A stretch of 64,000 nucleotides of DNA from Butyrivibrio sp. (GTDB taxonomy: Bacteria; Bacillota; Clostridia; Lachnospirales; Lachnospiraceae): contig JAFUYO010000009.1 of NCBI GenBank assembly GCA_017470505.1, forward strand, positions 1,671 to 65,670, read 5' to 3'. A model generated the notes under the pieces. The model saw nothing but the letters and a program-made list of their open reading frames with translations, was not told the origin of the DNA and made no database searches. Both the position numbers and the translations under genes were made by a program. Below, piece after piece: positions 48,353 through 57,916 of this stretch (positions are counted from its first letter, which is position 1; every line of letters begins with the position of its first letter).

Positions 48353-48425
48353 GGGGCATTAGCTCAGCTGGGAGAGCGTCAGGTTCGCAATCTGAAGGCC
48401 ACGGGTTCGATCCCCGTATGCTCCA
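48353..48425 (+). tRNA. tRNA-Ala(CGC), CCA not encoded
   Basis: Acceptor stem GGGGCAT/ATGCTCC with G3:U70, D-arm AGCTCAGCTGGGAGAGC, anticodon arm TCAGG-TTCGCAA-TCTGA, T-loop GGTTCGATCC. Confidence 0.95.
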
Positions 48426-48435
48426 TTTTCATGAA

Positions 48436-48486
48436 GAAAACCAGAGAAGTCAAGGGATGATTCTTTTGACTTCCCTGGTTTTTCTT
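48436..48486. terminator. Bidirectional terminator between tRNA-Ala and the GNAT gene
   Basis: GAAAACCAG.GAAGTCAA...TTGACTTC.CTGGTTTTTC. Confidence 0.75.
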
Positions 48487-48954
48487 TTACAGTATCCACT
48501 CCATCTGATACTCTTTTACCTTCATGCCCATCTTGTCATAGAAAGCTTTTGCCGCATCATTTCCCTCCCAGACATTTAAGGTAACTTCATAGCAGCCGAG
48601 CCTCCCCGCTTCCTCTTTTACAAACTCAAAGAGGTCCTTCCCGATATGATGCCCCCTGCGAGATGTATCCACACAGAGGTCATCAATATATAAGCTCTTA
48701 AAAGGAACCATGTTGGTTGAGAAGGGCTGCTCTTTGATCATGCAGAAAGCGTAGCCTATACAGTTATCATCGTCATCTGTCGCGACGAAGATGGGCCTTG
48801 ATTCATCTGATATTATCTCTTTAAGCTCATCCTCAGTGTACTTGGTCGTTCCGGAGATAAATATATCAGGGCGTATCCTTGCATGTATCTCCAGAACCTG
48901 CGACAGCAACCTCAGAATAGCCGGAATGTCTTTATTTTCAGCTCTTCGTATCAT
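48487..48954 (-). CDS. GNAT family N-acetyltransferase
   Basis: YIDDLCVD...RGHHIGK and LNVWEGN..A..FY.K.G. Start moved to ATG 48954 (GGAGAG RBS). Confidence 0.92.
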   Translation of the reverse strand: MIRRAENKDIPAILRLLSQVLEIHARIRPDIFISGTTKYTEDELKEIISDESRPIFVATDDDDNCIGYAFCMIKEQPFSTNMVPFKSLYIDDLCVDTSRRGHHIGKDLFEFVKEEAGRLGCYEVTLNVWEGNDAAKAFYDKMGMKVKEYQMEWIL

Positions 48955-48970
48955 TGTGCTCTCCATAAAT

Positions 48971-51643
48971 TTAGTTGCCATATATCTGATTTTCATAAAG
49001 ATAAAAGGTCCCAAGGTGCTTTTCCTTATCAATATCCTGCTGTGATTCTTTTTTCATCTCCACATCCTTTATTTCCTTATGAAGATTTAGATTATATCTG
49101 TCAGCATTGACCTTTTCCTGTCTCTTGTCCTTTGTGGCAAATTCTTTTGAATACTCCTTAAAGAACTCATCTTTTTCAAGTGCGCGGTCTCTCCCACTAT
49201 TACTGAGATTTCCCGCTATTTTCATAAACTCATGTGCATCGTCTCCTGCATCAAAGCCCTCTTCTGTCAGAAGCATGCGCTGCGTATCGCAGAACTTCCG
49301 GATGCTCGTCGCGAAATTGATGCGGTAGATCCTCTGCCTCGACGGGAAAAGCCTGAACTGCTTATTCTTAGCACGCAGATATGTTTCCGCTGCCCTCTTC
49401 AGGACACCAATCGCAGCCACTATTTCTCCAATATTGTTCTGCACAGCAGAAAGTGAGTTAAGCGCGATCTTTATTGCATCATACTCATCACTGTTCTTGT
49501 AGCTTGCCCTCTTCTTGGCATAACCAAATCCGTCCAAAAAAGACTGTGTTCTCTGACGTATGGAATCAAAATAATCTCTGCTAAACTCAGTATCCTTGTA
49601 CGTCTTATAAATATCGTTCCTGTCCTTTGTCACCTCGCGATATTCGCTGTAAATACCGTCCATCTCTTTTTTCATTTCTTCGTCATCATTTAACTTGTTC
49701 TCTTCAATTCTGAGTTTCTCCTCGGCATCCCTTATCTCTCCTTCAAGAGCTTTTTTGGAGTATCCGCGCATATTATCCTGATTTATACTGATCTTTTTGT
49801 CGAGTTCTTCTTTTGCCTTGGGGTATGTCTCTTCTGCAAGGAACATCCTGTTTTTGAGATCCTCTTTGCGGCTCTTCAAAATGTCAGCCACAGACATCTC
49901 CAGCATTTTTTCCTCCATAGCCTGTAATCTTTGAAGGTACTCTTCCTTTTTATACCTGCCTTCCCTGTACTCTTTTTCGAGCTGCCTGATATCAAGGCTG
50001 TAGGTCAGGCAGTTGTCATGACGCAGTTTATATATATCATCTTTGTATAATTCAACACAGGATTTTGAGTTTTCAAGCTCAGCCTTTGCCGCTTCCTCAG
50101 CCATTCTGGCCCTGGCGATCTTCTCCTCGCCCTCCAGCTTTATGGCGATGATCTGATCTACATCATTGGTATTTGCAAGCTTTCCTTCATTTCTGCTCTC
50201 AATGAATTTATCGAGTTCTGCTCCTATGACCAGAGATTCCTCGGTTTTTTCGGCTGAAAGCTCATTCTGCTGATTGTTGAGATGATTGATAGATCTGGTG
50301 ATGACATAACTTTGATCAGTTAAGTATTCATTCTCCGCTTTATCCATCTCCTGTTTTAACCTTAAGCGGAGGCCATCACAGTAATCCTTTACATTTCCTT
50401 CTGTAGAGCCGGGGAGCAGGTCTTTTATGGGACACCAGTGTATTATCTCTCCCAGCTTTGACCTTGATTGTCTGAACTTATCTTTAAATTTTTCATTTGT
50501 GCTCAGAATCTTCTCCATGGACTTTCCGCTGCTGTGAAAAATAACCCCCATCACTTCTACATCTTCGCGATAGGTCTCCAAAAATGACTCAAACCCTTCA
50601 TAGGCCCTCTTCCACTTCTCATAGGTCATCTTCCTGTCATAATACGCCCTGACCATTTTGGGATCGCCCGAGAGATTTTTCAGCGAGTCGTCTGTGGCAG
50701 CGAGTTTTTCCTCTTCGCCCACCCGTTCTTTTTTTGCTGCATTATAGACTTTTTCCTGCTCCAAAGCCTTTTTTTCATAGATTGAAATCTGATTCAGATA
50801 ATCCTGTTCTTCTTTCAGGACACCCTCAAGATTTTTGATGTCAAATTCCTCCATTCTTATCGCATTTTTGTTGACTTCAATCTTATCTTTAAGATCAGCA
50901 AGCATTTTATCATGTTCCTGTTTTTCCTTTAGCGCCTGATTGTAGGCATTCTCATAAAACCTCTCGGTCTTTTTGTCCTTTAAACTGTTAACCTGTGATT
51001 GCAGTTTGGCAATTTCTTTTTTTTCATTGCTGATCCTGTTGTCAAGCCTCGAAGGGGTCATATCTTCCGCCTGTTTGTTGAGGTTCTTTATCCTGTTTAA
51101 CAGATTGCCAGACCTATACCAGTTTGTGATCACGCGGCCGCGCAGTCCTGTCTGAACAGCCTTTCTGTCAATGAGGCTCTTTTGGGCGGGGATGCTTGTG
51201 ATGGTTTCAACAGCCTGATACATCTCCTGAAGCTGCTCATTGCTCTTGAGTTCTCCGTAGCCGTCCGCCTCGTTGTACCTTGTCATGGCATTGCCAATGC
51301 CTTTCAGGCTGTCAATTCCCTTAAACAGCTCATCTTCCAGCTCTTTTGCCCTTTCAAGGAAATTCACATCATCCTCATCCAGCTCCAGACTTAAGTCCTC
51401 ATAGCTCTGCAGCTGTTCAACCATTTCAAGAAATCTATCCATTTTTGAGCGCAGAGTGGAAAGATTCTTAAAATAATCCAAAAGAGCGTCTGCAGCTGCA
51501 GCTTTTTCAGCGTTTGACATATCCCTGGATTTATTCTCCATGTACTGCTTAAACCGACCTATATCTTCAGATCTGCCAAGTTCAAAAATAAGATTCTGCA
51601 AGTCAACTGAATATCCTGCATATCTGTTTACAAATCCATCCAT
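48971..51643 (-). CDS. Large coiled-coil hypothetical protein
   Basis: 890 aa, K/E-rich heptad stretches, AAAGGAG RBS. No Walker A motif and no signal peptide. Confidence 0.8.
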   Translation of the reverse strand: MDGFVNRYAGYSVDLQNLIFELGRSEDIGRFKQYMENKSRDMSNAEKAAAADALLDYFKNLSTLRSKMDRFLEMVEQLQSYEDLSLELDEDDVNFLERAKELEDELFKGIDSLKGIGNAMTRYNEADGYGELKSNEQLQEMYQAVETITSIPAQKSLIDRKAVQTGLRGRVITNWYRSGNLLNRIKNLNKQAEDMTPSRLDNRISNEKKEIAKLQSQVNSLKDKKTERFYENAYNQALKEKQEHDKMLADLKDKIEVNKNAIRMEEFDIKNLEGVLKEEQDYLNQISIYEKKALEQEKVYNAAKKERVGEEEKLAATDDSLKNLSGDPKMVRAYYDRKMTYEKWKRAYEGFESFLETYREDVEVMGVIFHSSGKSMEKILSTNEKFKDKFRQSRSKLGEIIHWCPIKDLLPGSTEGNVKDYCDGLRLRLKQEMDKAENEYLTDQSYVITRSINHLNNQQNELSAEKTEESLVIGAELDKFIESRNEGKLANTNDVDQIIAIKLEGEEKIARARMAEEAAKAELENSKSCVELYKDDIYKLRHDNCLTYSLDIRQLEKEYREGRYKKEEYLQRLQAMEEKMLEMSVADILKSRKEDLKNRMFLAEETYPKAKEELDKKISINQDNMRGYSKKALEGEIRDAEEKLRIEENKLNDDEEMKKEMDGIYSEYREVTKDRNDIYKTYKDTEFSRDYFDSIRQRTQSFLDGFGYAKKRASYKNSDEYDAIKIALNSLSAVQNNIGEIVAAIGVLKRAAETYLRAKNKQFRLFPSRQRIYRINFATSIRKFCDTQRMLLTEEGFDAGDDAHEFMKIAGNLSNSGRDRALEKDEFFKEYSKEFATKDKRQEKVNADRYNLNLHKEIKDVEMKKESQQDIDKEKHLGTFYLYENQIYGN

Positions 51644-51658
51644 AAGCTCTTTTCTCCT

Positions 51659-53398
51659 TTACTTATCGGCGACAACAGTTCTGTTTCTTCCAGAGTTCTT
51701 GGCCTCATACAGAGCGTTGTCTACAGAGATGAACATCTCCTTTTTGTCAGGTCCAAAGCCCTTCCCCGGCTCTTCCGTAATGACTCCTATACTGATGGTA
51801 ACATGCGGAACAGGGTCAAAAGAGCCATCTGCGATTGCGCGCCTTAACCCTTCGGCGCACCTATACGCCTCGTCGGATGATTTTTCCGGAAGCACCAGAA
51901 AGAACTCCTCTCCTCCCCAGCGCCCTGCAAAGCCGCCGTTTTCCCCGGCACAGTTTCGTATCTGTTCTGAAACTCCGCGAAGCACGAGGTCTCCGATGTC
52001 ATGGCCGTAGGTGTCGTTTATCTTCTTGAAGTGATCTATGTCAAACATCAGGTATGATACAGGCTGCCCTTTTTCAGACATGATATCCGATGTCTCATTT
52101 ATTATCCTGTCGATTTCACGGCGGTTGTAGAGCCCTGTCAGCTCATCCATGGTCGCCATCATCTCCAGCTCTTTTGTCGTCTCCTTGACGAGGTTCATGA
52201 GTCTTTTCACAAGTGATGTCTGTCCGGAGACTGTGTCAACATTTACCTTCGGGGCTTTTCCTTTGTTGTGTCTTTCCCCCTCGCGGAAGCCTGTGCTTAC
52301 AAGCGTTACGTTGTGCCACATCACTTCGCCGCTCTTCTCATCCCTGCTGATCTCGCCTCCTGTGCAGAATCCGGCCATCGGAGCGATTGCTTCAAAAGGA
52401 GCAAGTTCGTTGTTTATAAAAGGTCCCCAGAATATTTTTCTGGCGGTACAGGAAAAGAGAAGAACCGCCTCGGGCGCAAAATCATAGAGCGCCTCACACC
52501 GTCTGTTTATATCCTCTATGATTGTCTCGGGGTCTCCGTAGGAAATGCGCGCATGCATCCCTGTCTCAACATAGCCGTCGAGGGTTATCGAGCCGTCGGG
52601 ATTTGTATTTTCAGGGTGACGCAGCATCTCGCCTCCGCCCTTTCTGACGAGAAGTGGGAACTCAGACGTGTTCGCCGAGAAATCGTTGTTATCTGTTATT
52701 CCGAGATATTTCTTGTATATCTCAACGGGAGGCTGTCCGTTTATGCCCCTGACGGTGCAGGATGAGCCGTCTGTTATCTCGAATTCCTTGCCCAGAGCCT
52801 TCCAGCCGGCAGTGTAGTCGGTGTTCACATAAAGGTCCCTGCCCATGTAGATAATACATATGACGCCGCTCTCTGTTATCTCTCCGCCTGATATCATATA
52901 GCGGGGGTCGCCCAGCATATCATGTCCGAGTGGCATTCCTCCGAATACCTGGATATCGCGCCTGATCTTCTCAAGCCCGATTATGAAGTCAAGGGTGGTA
53001 TTTCCCGTGTTACAGATCAGCACCTCCACTGCCTTTACATCATCCCGCTCATTTATTATGTCAGCGAAGTGCTCCGCCTTCTGACGGGCATTATTAGTTA
53101 TATCCGGCTCGTACAAAAGCTCAGCCGAAGATTTTTCAAATATCATGCAGGACAGGACCGGTATGGGGTTCGTCACCCGTCCCTCAAGGAGCTCTGCATT
53201 TGATGCAACTCCGCAGAAAACGCTTTCCGGAAATCGATGGTTAATATTCCCCAGTATTTCAGAGCACCTCTCCTTATCTTCTCCCGCGCAGAAAAGATGA
53301 AATACAAGCACTTCTGTGCCGTGATAATCCAAGCCTATCCTGTTACATGCAGCATCGAAGGCTTCATCATTATAGATTTCAAACGTAAAATGCTTCAT
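51659..53398 (-). CDS. FIST-domain diguanylate cyclase
   Basis: FIST N/C motifs (VFGG, GWKALGK, LLFSC.AR, GFCTGGEI), DELTGLYNRR, DIDHFKKINDTYGH, WGGEEF. Confidence 0.92.
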   Translation of the reverse strand: MKHFTFEIYNDEAFDAACNRIGLDYHGTEVLVFHLFCAGEDKERCSEILGNINHRFPESVFCGVASNAELLEGRVTNPIPVLSCMIFEKSSAELLYEPDITNNARQKAEHFADIINERDDVKAVEVLICNTGNTTLDFIIGLEKIRRDIQVFGGMPLGHDMLGDPRYMISGGEITESGVICIIYMGRDLYVNTDYTAGWKALGKEFEITDGSSCTVRGINGQPPVEIYKKYLGITDNNDFSANTSEFPLLVRKGGGEMLRHPENTNPDGSITLDGYVETGMHARISYGDPETIIEDINRRCEALYDFAPEAVLLFSCTARKIFWGPFINNELAPFEAIAPMAGFCTGGEISRDEKSGEVMWHNVTLVSTGFREGERHNKGKAPKVNVDTVSGQTSLVKRLMNLVKETTKELEMMATMDELTGLYNRREIDRIINETSDIMSEKGQPVSYLMFDIDHFKKINDTYGHDIGDLVLRGVSEQIRNCAGENGGFAGRWGGEEFFLVLPEKSSDEAYRCAEGLRRAIADGSFDPVPHVTISIGVITEEPGKGFGPDKKEMFISVDNALYEAKNSGRNRTVVADK

Positions 53399-53435
53399 GA
53401 TTATGAATTCTCCTTGAAAATGTGTCTTTTTATAT

Positions 53436-54353
53436 TCAGAGCGTTATTCTTGCAATCTTTCCCTTTGTTGACTTCTTCACGCGATACAGCGCTGTGTCAG
53501 CATTTTTTACAATGCCCGTTACATCCATGGCATCTCCTGTTATGTGAACATCGGTGTAACCTATACTGACGGTGACAGGGAGCTTTTGGGCTCTGGTTTT
53601 TTCGCTGATCCTCTTTTGAAGATCGCTTAGCCTCTCCTTCACCTGTGCATCATCTCCCGGCAGCACTCCGATGAACTCGTCGCCGCCCCATCTGCAGACC
53701 TGCCTCTCGTACCTCACCGTACCCTTCAGCTCATCTGCCACTATCTGCAGCACTCTGTCTCCTTCATTGTGCCCGTGACTGTCATTCACCAGCTTAAAAT
53801 CATCCACATCCATTATGAAAAGAGAAGCCTTCTCATAGTCTTTGTTCATATAGTTGTGCTCCCACCAGATCAGGAATGCATCTCTTCCGTGAAGACCGGT
53901 GAGCTTGTCCGCGGATGCCCTCTGAAAGCCTCTCCACATATCTATTCTCTCATCGGTCTTGGCGACTATCAGCGTCACATATGAGACCTTGTCCCCATCT
54001 GCCGTCGGAATTGCGAGTTCATCGCCGTCCTCCAGAAAGACTCCTGTCCCTGCCTCTATGTATTTGCTGTTAAACATGACTCCGTTCGTGGTCTCAAGGG
54101 CCGTGTAACATACCGTTCCCTTTCCTGTGTCAAAATAGCCGTGCTCCTTGGAAACAAAACTGTCAAATATCGGGATATCCGGGTAAGGAGATCCTGCAAC
54201 CGGCCTTCCGAGCCTCTGGTGGCCCGAGAGCCTGTACTCCATGACATTGTACCCCTGACAGACAAACAGTATGGGGTTCTGCCCGCCCTCCGATTCCGGT
54301 TTATTTTTGCTGTTGTCTATTATAGGTATTACTTCTGTCTTATCTTTCTTCAT
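53436..54353 (-). CDS. FHA-domain diguanylate cyclase
   Basis: FHA motifs LGR, VSKEH, TNGV; DKLTGL, DVDDFKLVND.HGH, WGGDEF. Confidence 0.88.
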   Translation of the reverse strand: MKKDKTEVIPIIDNSKNKPESEGGQNPILFVCQGYNVMEYRLSGHQRLGRPVAGSPYPDIPIFDSFVSKEHGYFDTGKGTVCYTALETTNGVMFNSKYIEAGTGVFLEDGDELAIPTADGDKVSYVTLIVAKTDERIDMWRGFQRASADKLTGLHGRDAFLIWWEHNYMNKDYEKASLFIMDVDDFKLVNDSHGHNEGDRVLQIVADELKGTVRYERQVCRWGGDEFIGVLPGDDAQVKERLSDLQKRISEKTRAQKLPVTVSIGYTDVHITGDAMDVTGIVKNADTALYRVKKSTKGKIARITL

Positions 54354-54447
54354 TTATTGCTGAATTCTCCGAATTTATGACTGATCAAAAAGTATATACA
54401 CTCTTTATTTTACCATATAAGTTTTTTGCAATTCGTTAAAAGAATAT

Positions 54448-54487
54448 AAAAAAAAGACCTCATGCCGGTGAGAGACATGAAGTCTTT
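54448..54487 (-). terminator. Terminator of rpsT
   Basis: AAAGAC.TCATG...CATGA.GTCTTT with a U-run on the minus strand. Confidence 0.7.
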
Positions 54488-54513
54488 GTAAATAAACTCT
54501 TAAATTATAATCC

Positions 54514-54777
54514 TTAAGCCATCTTGTTTACAGCAAGAGCAAGACGTGAAACCTTTCTTGAAGCGGTGTTCTTCTTGAATACGCCCTTTGACTCAGCCTT
54601 GTCGATGACAGATGTTGCAGAAAGGAGTGCCTTGTTTGCCTCGTCCTTGTTCCCTGCCTCGATTGCAGCGCGTACCTTCTTGATCTCTGTCTTAACTGCT
54701 GACTTGATCATCTGGTTCTGCATAGCCTTCTTGTTGTTTACTAAAATTCTCTTCTTGGCTGACTTGATATTTGCCAT
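54514..54777 (-). CDS. rpsT: 30S ribosomal protein S20
   Basis: MANIKSAKKR...KNTASRKVSRL. GGAGG RBS. Confidence 0.98.
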   Translation of the reverse strand: MANIKSAKKRILVNNKKAMQNQMIKSAVKTEIKKVRAAIEAGNKDEANKALLSATSVIDKAESKGVFKKNTASRKVSRLALAVNKMA

Positions 54778-54868
54778 AATTACCTCCAAAAAATAAACAA
54801 AATGATTTATACTAAGTTCGTGTGCGCATTAAGCCGGACACGGACAGTTAATGCCACATACGGTAGAT

Positions 54869-54897
54869 ATTTTAGAGTAAAATATAGAAACTGTCAA
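54869..54897 (-). promoter_or_regulatory. sigmaA promoter of rpsT, back-to-back with the lepA extended -10 at 54905-54913
   Basis: TTGACA-N17-TAAAAT on minus; TGTTATAAT on plus. Confidence 0.75.
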
Positions 54898-54952
54898 TAC
54901 TCTCTGTTATAATGTGAAAGGCTTGTAATTATTTTTTTTGAGGTGTTTTAAA

Positions 54953-56761
54953 TTGGATCAGAGTAAAACCAGAAATTTTTGTATAGTTGCACATATCGAT
55001 CACGGCAAGTCCACACTTGCGGACAGGATGATCGAAAAGACAGGAGTCCTGACCCTTCGCGAGATGCAGAACCAGGTCCTCGACAACATGGACATTGAGC
55101 GCGAGAGAGGAATCACCATCAAATCCCAGGCGGTCAGGATGATCTACAAGGCGCACGACGGTCAGGAGTACACCTTCAACATGATAGATACCCCGGGACA
55201 CGTTGACTTTGGCTATGAGGTTTCAAGGTCTCTTGCTGCCTGCGACGGGGCCATCCTCGTCGTCGACGCAACGCAGGGAGTTGAGGCCCAGACGCTCGCC
55301 AACGTGTACATGGCACTTGACCACGACCTTGACGTCTTCCCCGTCATCAACAAGATCGACCTTCCGAGCGCAATGCCGGATGAAGTCAAGGACGAGATTG
55401 AGGACGTCATCGGTATTGAAGCCCAGGATGCCCCTCTCATCTCCGCCAAAAACGGCATCGGGATAGAGGAGGTCTTAGAGGCAGTCGTTGCAAAAATCCC
55501 CGCGCCGCAGGGCGATGTATCCGCCCCCCTTACCGCACTCATCTTTGACAGCATCTACGACTCCTACAGGGGAGTCATCGTATTTGTCAGGGTCCGCGAC
55601 GGACAGATCAAAAAGGGCATGAAGGTCCGCTTCATGGCGACAGGCGCCGAGGCGGAGGTCGTTGAAGTCGGCTACTTTGGCCCGGGCAGGTTCATCCCAA
55701 GTGATGACTTAACGGCAGGTGACGTCGGGTATTTCACCGCATCGATCAAGAACATTCAGGACACAAGAGTCGGCGATACCGTAACTGATGCGGACAGCCC
55801 CTGCAGCGAGCCACTCCCCGGCTACAAAAAGGTAATGCCCATGGTCTACTGCGGACTATACCCGGCAGACTCAGCCCACTACTCGGATCTTCGCGATGCG
55901 CTTGAAAAGCTCCAGCTCAACGACGCCTCGCTCTTTTACGAACCCGAGACAAGCCAGGCACTCGGCTTTGGCTTCAGGGCAGGCTTTTTGGGGCTCTTGC
56001 ACCTCGAGGTCGTGCAGGAGAGACTTGAGAGGGAGTACGACCTTAATCTTGTCACAACTGCTCCTTCCGTCGTCTACAAAGTTCACAAAACTGACGGCGA
56101 AGTGTTTGACCTGACTAACCCCACCAATCTCCCTGACCCGTCAGAGATCGACTACATGGAGGAGCCCATAGTAAACGGCGAGATCATGGTCACAACAGAT
56201 TACGTCGGCGCGATCATGCAGCTCTGCCAGGAAAGGCGTGGCAAGTACCTCTCAACCGACTATATCGAGCAGACAAGGGCGATACTCAAATATGAGCTTC
56301 CCTTAAACGAAATCATCTACGATTTCTTCGACGCGCTCAAGTCACGCTCGAGGGGCTACGCGTCTTTTGACTACGAGCTCAAGGGCTATGAGAGATCTGA
56401 GCTTGTAAAGCTCGACATCCTGATCAACAGGGAGGAGGTTGACGCTCTCTCCTTTATCGTCCACAAGGACGGAGCCTACGAGAGAGGCCGCAAGATGTGT
56501 GAGAAGCTCAAAGAGGAGATCCCGAGGCACCTGTTTGAGATCCCTATTCAGGCTTCAGTCGGCGGCAAGGTAATTGCAAGAGAGACCGTCAAGGCCTACA
56601 GAAAGGACGTCCTCGCCAAGTGCTACGGCGGCGACATCACCCGCAAAAAGAAGCTCCTTGAAAAGCAGAAGGAAGGCAAAAAGAAGATGCGTCAGATCGG
56701 CAACGTAGAGGTTCCGCAGTCCGCATTCTTAAGCGTACTAAAGCTCGACAATACAGATTAA
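54953..56761 (+). CDS. lepA: Translation elongation factor 4 (LepA)
   Basis: [40 protein letters not shown]. Probable TTG start at 54953 after GAGGTG. Confidence 0.98.
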   Translation: MDQSKTRNFCIVAHIDHGKSTLADRMIEKTGVLTLREMQNQVLDNMDIERERGITIKSQAVRMIYKAHDGQEYTFNMIDTPGHVDFGYEVSRSLAACDGAILVVDATQGVEAQTLANVYMALDHDLDVFPVINKIDLPSAMPDEVKDEIEDVIGIEAQDAPLISAKNGIGIEEVLEAVVAKIPAPQGDVSAPLTALIFDSIYDSYRGVIVFVRVRDGQIKKGMKVRFMATGAEAEVVEVGYFGPGRFIPSDDLTAGDVGYFTASIKNIQDTRVGDTVTDADSPCSEPLPGYKKVMPMVYCGLYPADSAHYSDLRDALEKLQLNDASLFYEPETSQALGFGFRAGFLGLLHLEVVQERLEREYDLNLVTTAPSVVYKVHKTDGEVFDLTNPTNLPDPSEIDYMEEPIVNGEIMVTTDYVGAIMQLCQERRGKYLSTDYIEQTRAILKYELPLNEIIYDFFDALKSRSRGYASFDYELKGYERSELVKLDILINREEVDALSFIVHKDGAYERGRKMCEKLKEEIPRHLFEIPIQASVGGKVIARETVKAYRKDVLAKCYGGDITRKKKLLEKQKEGKKKMRQIGNVEVPQSAFLSVLKLDNTD

Positions 56762-56770
56762 AAAAATAGC

Positions 56771-56806
56771 TGCCGCTTTAGTTTTATCAACTAAAGCGAC
56801 ACTTTT
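56771..56806. terminator. Bidirectional terminator after lepA
   Basis: CGCTTTAGTT-TTATC-AACTAAAGCG followed by a T-run. Confidence 0.7.
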
Positions 56807-56808
56807 TA

Positions 56809-57795
56809 TCATTTGCTATCTTTTCTTCTGATCCTGTCTTTCATCTCCTGCAATGAAGCATTAAACTCATCCGATGCCATTGTCGGGTTTCCGGCGATCG
56901 TTCTCTCGCGGTACCACTCATAGATGCTCTTTACCGGCGCGGGAGTGAACTTTGATGCCAGCACGCGGTACTTGGCGTAGAGCTCGGTTACTTCCTCTCT
57001 GACGTTCCCGATGTAGGAGGCGGGATCCATCGCCATCTTCTCTTTCAGCGTTCCGAATGACTTCTCAAGAGATGAGGCGAGAGCGTCATACCTGCTCGTA
57101 ATCCCTGAACCTATGGAGCCGACAGTGCTTGCAAGTCCTCCGAGACTGCCTCCTATCGCACTTGCGGCCCCCTCAATGCTCTCTCTTGCATCCTCTCCCT
57201 TAAAGGCAATGATGACATCAAGTCTCTTCTGCATTCTCGCCATCTCAACCTTGGCTCTCTCCATATACATGATAACGTCCCTGATATCGAGAGCCGTCCT
57301 GAAGGCAATGCCAAAGTCTATACTGATGCAAACAGTCACAAACACCGTCACCACAGTCAGGATGTTGTAAGGTATCGACATCACAAGCGCCTCTATCGGC
57401 AGCTGCAGATAGTGCGTAAATACGACCGTGAAAAATCCCCACACAAGCGTTGACTCAAGGCATATATATCCGTGGAAGTTAAACTTTTTGTGAGAGTAAT
57501 CCCAGTACCTGACCTTGAAAAGAGCTTCCATCACAACGCCGACAACGTACTCAAGGGCGGTGGCGCCTATGCACCCCGCGATGTAGACCAGTAGGATGTT
57601 GTCATAGTAGGGCTTTGAGACCACCAGCATCATTATCCCTCCCGAGCCGTAGAGCGGAAGGAAGGGACCTCGCATAAATCCCCTGTTGACAAGGCGTTTT
57701 TGTAATATCGACACGTAGGCGGACTCAAAGCACCACCCGAAAAAGCTGTAAAAATAGAACAGGAACAGCCACTGCAAAGGCTGATAGGCAAACAT
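56809..57795 (-). CDS. Putative ABC-transporter-permease-like membrane protein (DUF1113/CmpB-like)
   Basis: YSFFGW..E, NRGF..GP.LP.YG, WDYS..KFN..G.ICL. C-terminal helical tail. Confidence 0.8.
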   Translation of the reverse strand: MFAYQPLQWLFLFYFYSFFGWCFESAYVSILQKRLVNRGFMRGPFLPLYGSGGIMMLVVSKPYYDNILLVYIAGCIGATALEYVVGVVMEALFKVRYWDYSHKKFNFHGYICLESTLVWGFFTVVFTHYLQLPIEALVMSIPYNILTVVTVFVTVCISIDFGIAFRTALDIRDVIMYMERAKVEMARMQKRLDVIIAFKGEDARESIEGAASAIGGSLGGLASTVGSIGSGITSRYDALASSLEKSFGTLKEKMAMDPASYIGNVREEVTELYAKYRVLASKFTPAPVKSIYEWYRERTIAGNPTMASDEFNASLQEMKDRIRRKDSK

Positions 57796-57865
57796 ACAAA
57801 AATCTCCTCAAACATGGTTATAGGTGCCGGATGGGATCACATCCGACACCTACGTACACTATTCT

Positions 57866-57891
57866 TTACTGTTCAGTTCCTGACCGGCAAC
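57866..57891 (-). repeat. GTTAC-family terminal module copy
   Basis: Minus strand GTTGCCGGTCAGGAACTGAACAGTAA versus GTTACTGGTCAGGAACTGAACAGTAA at 43999-44024 (2 mismatches). Confidence 0.8.
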
Positions 57892-57916
57892 CATTATTTC
57901 ACATCATGAAAATACC

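Noticed and set aside
48353-48486. att site or prophage/ICE boundary at tRNA-Ala
   Set aside because: No second copy of the tRNA 3' end and no recombinase seen in the window, so only a hotspot inference is kept.
48955-49032. Long overlap between the GNAT and 890-aa ORFs
   Set aside because: Artefact of the longest-ORF start. The RBS-supported ATG at 48954 removes the overlap.
48971-51643. SMC/SbcC call for the 890-aa protein
   Set aside because: No Walker A/B or ABC signature at either end.
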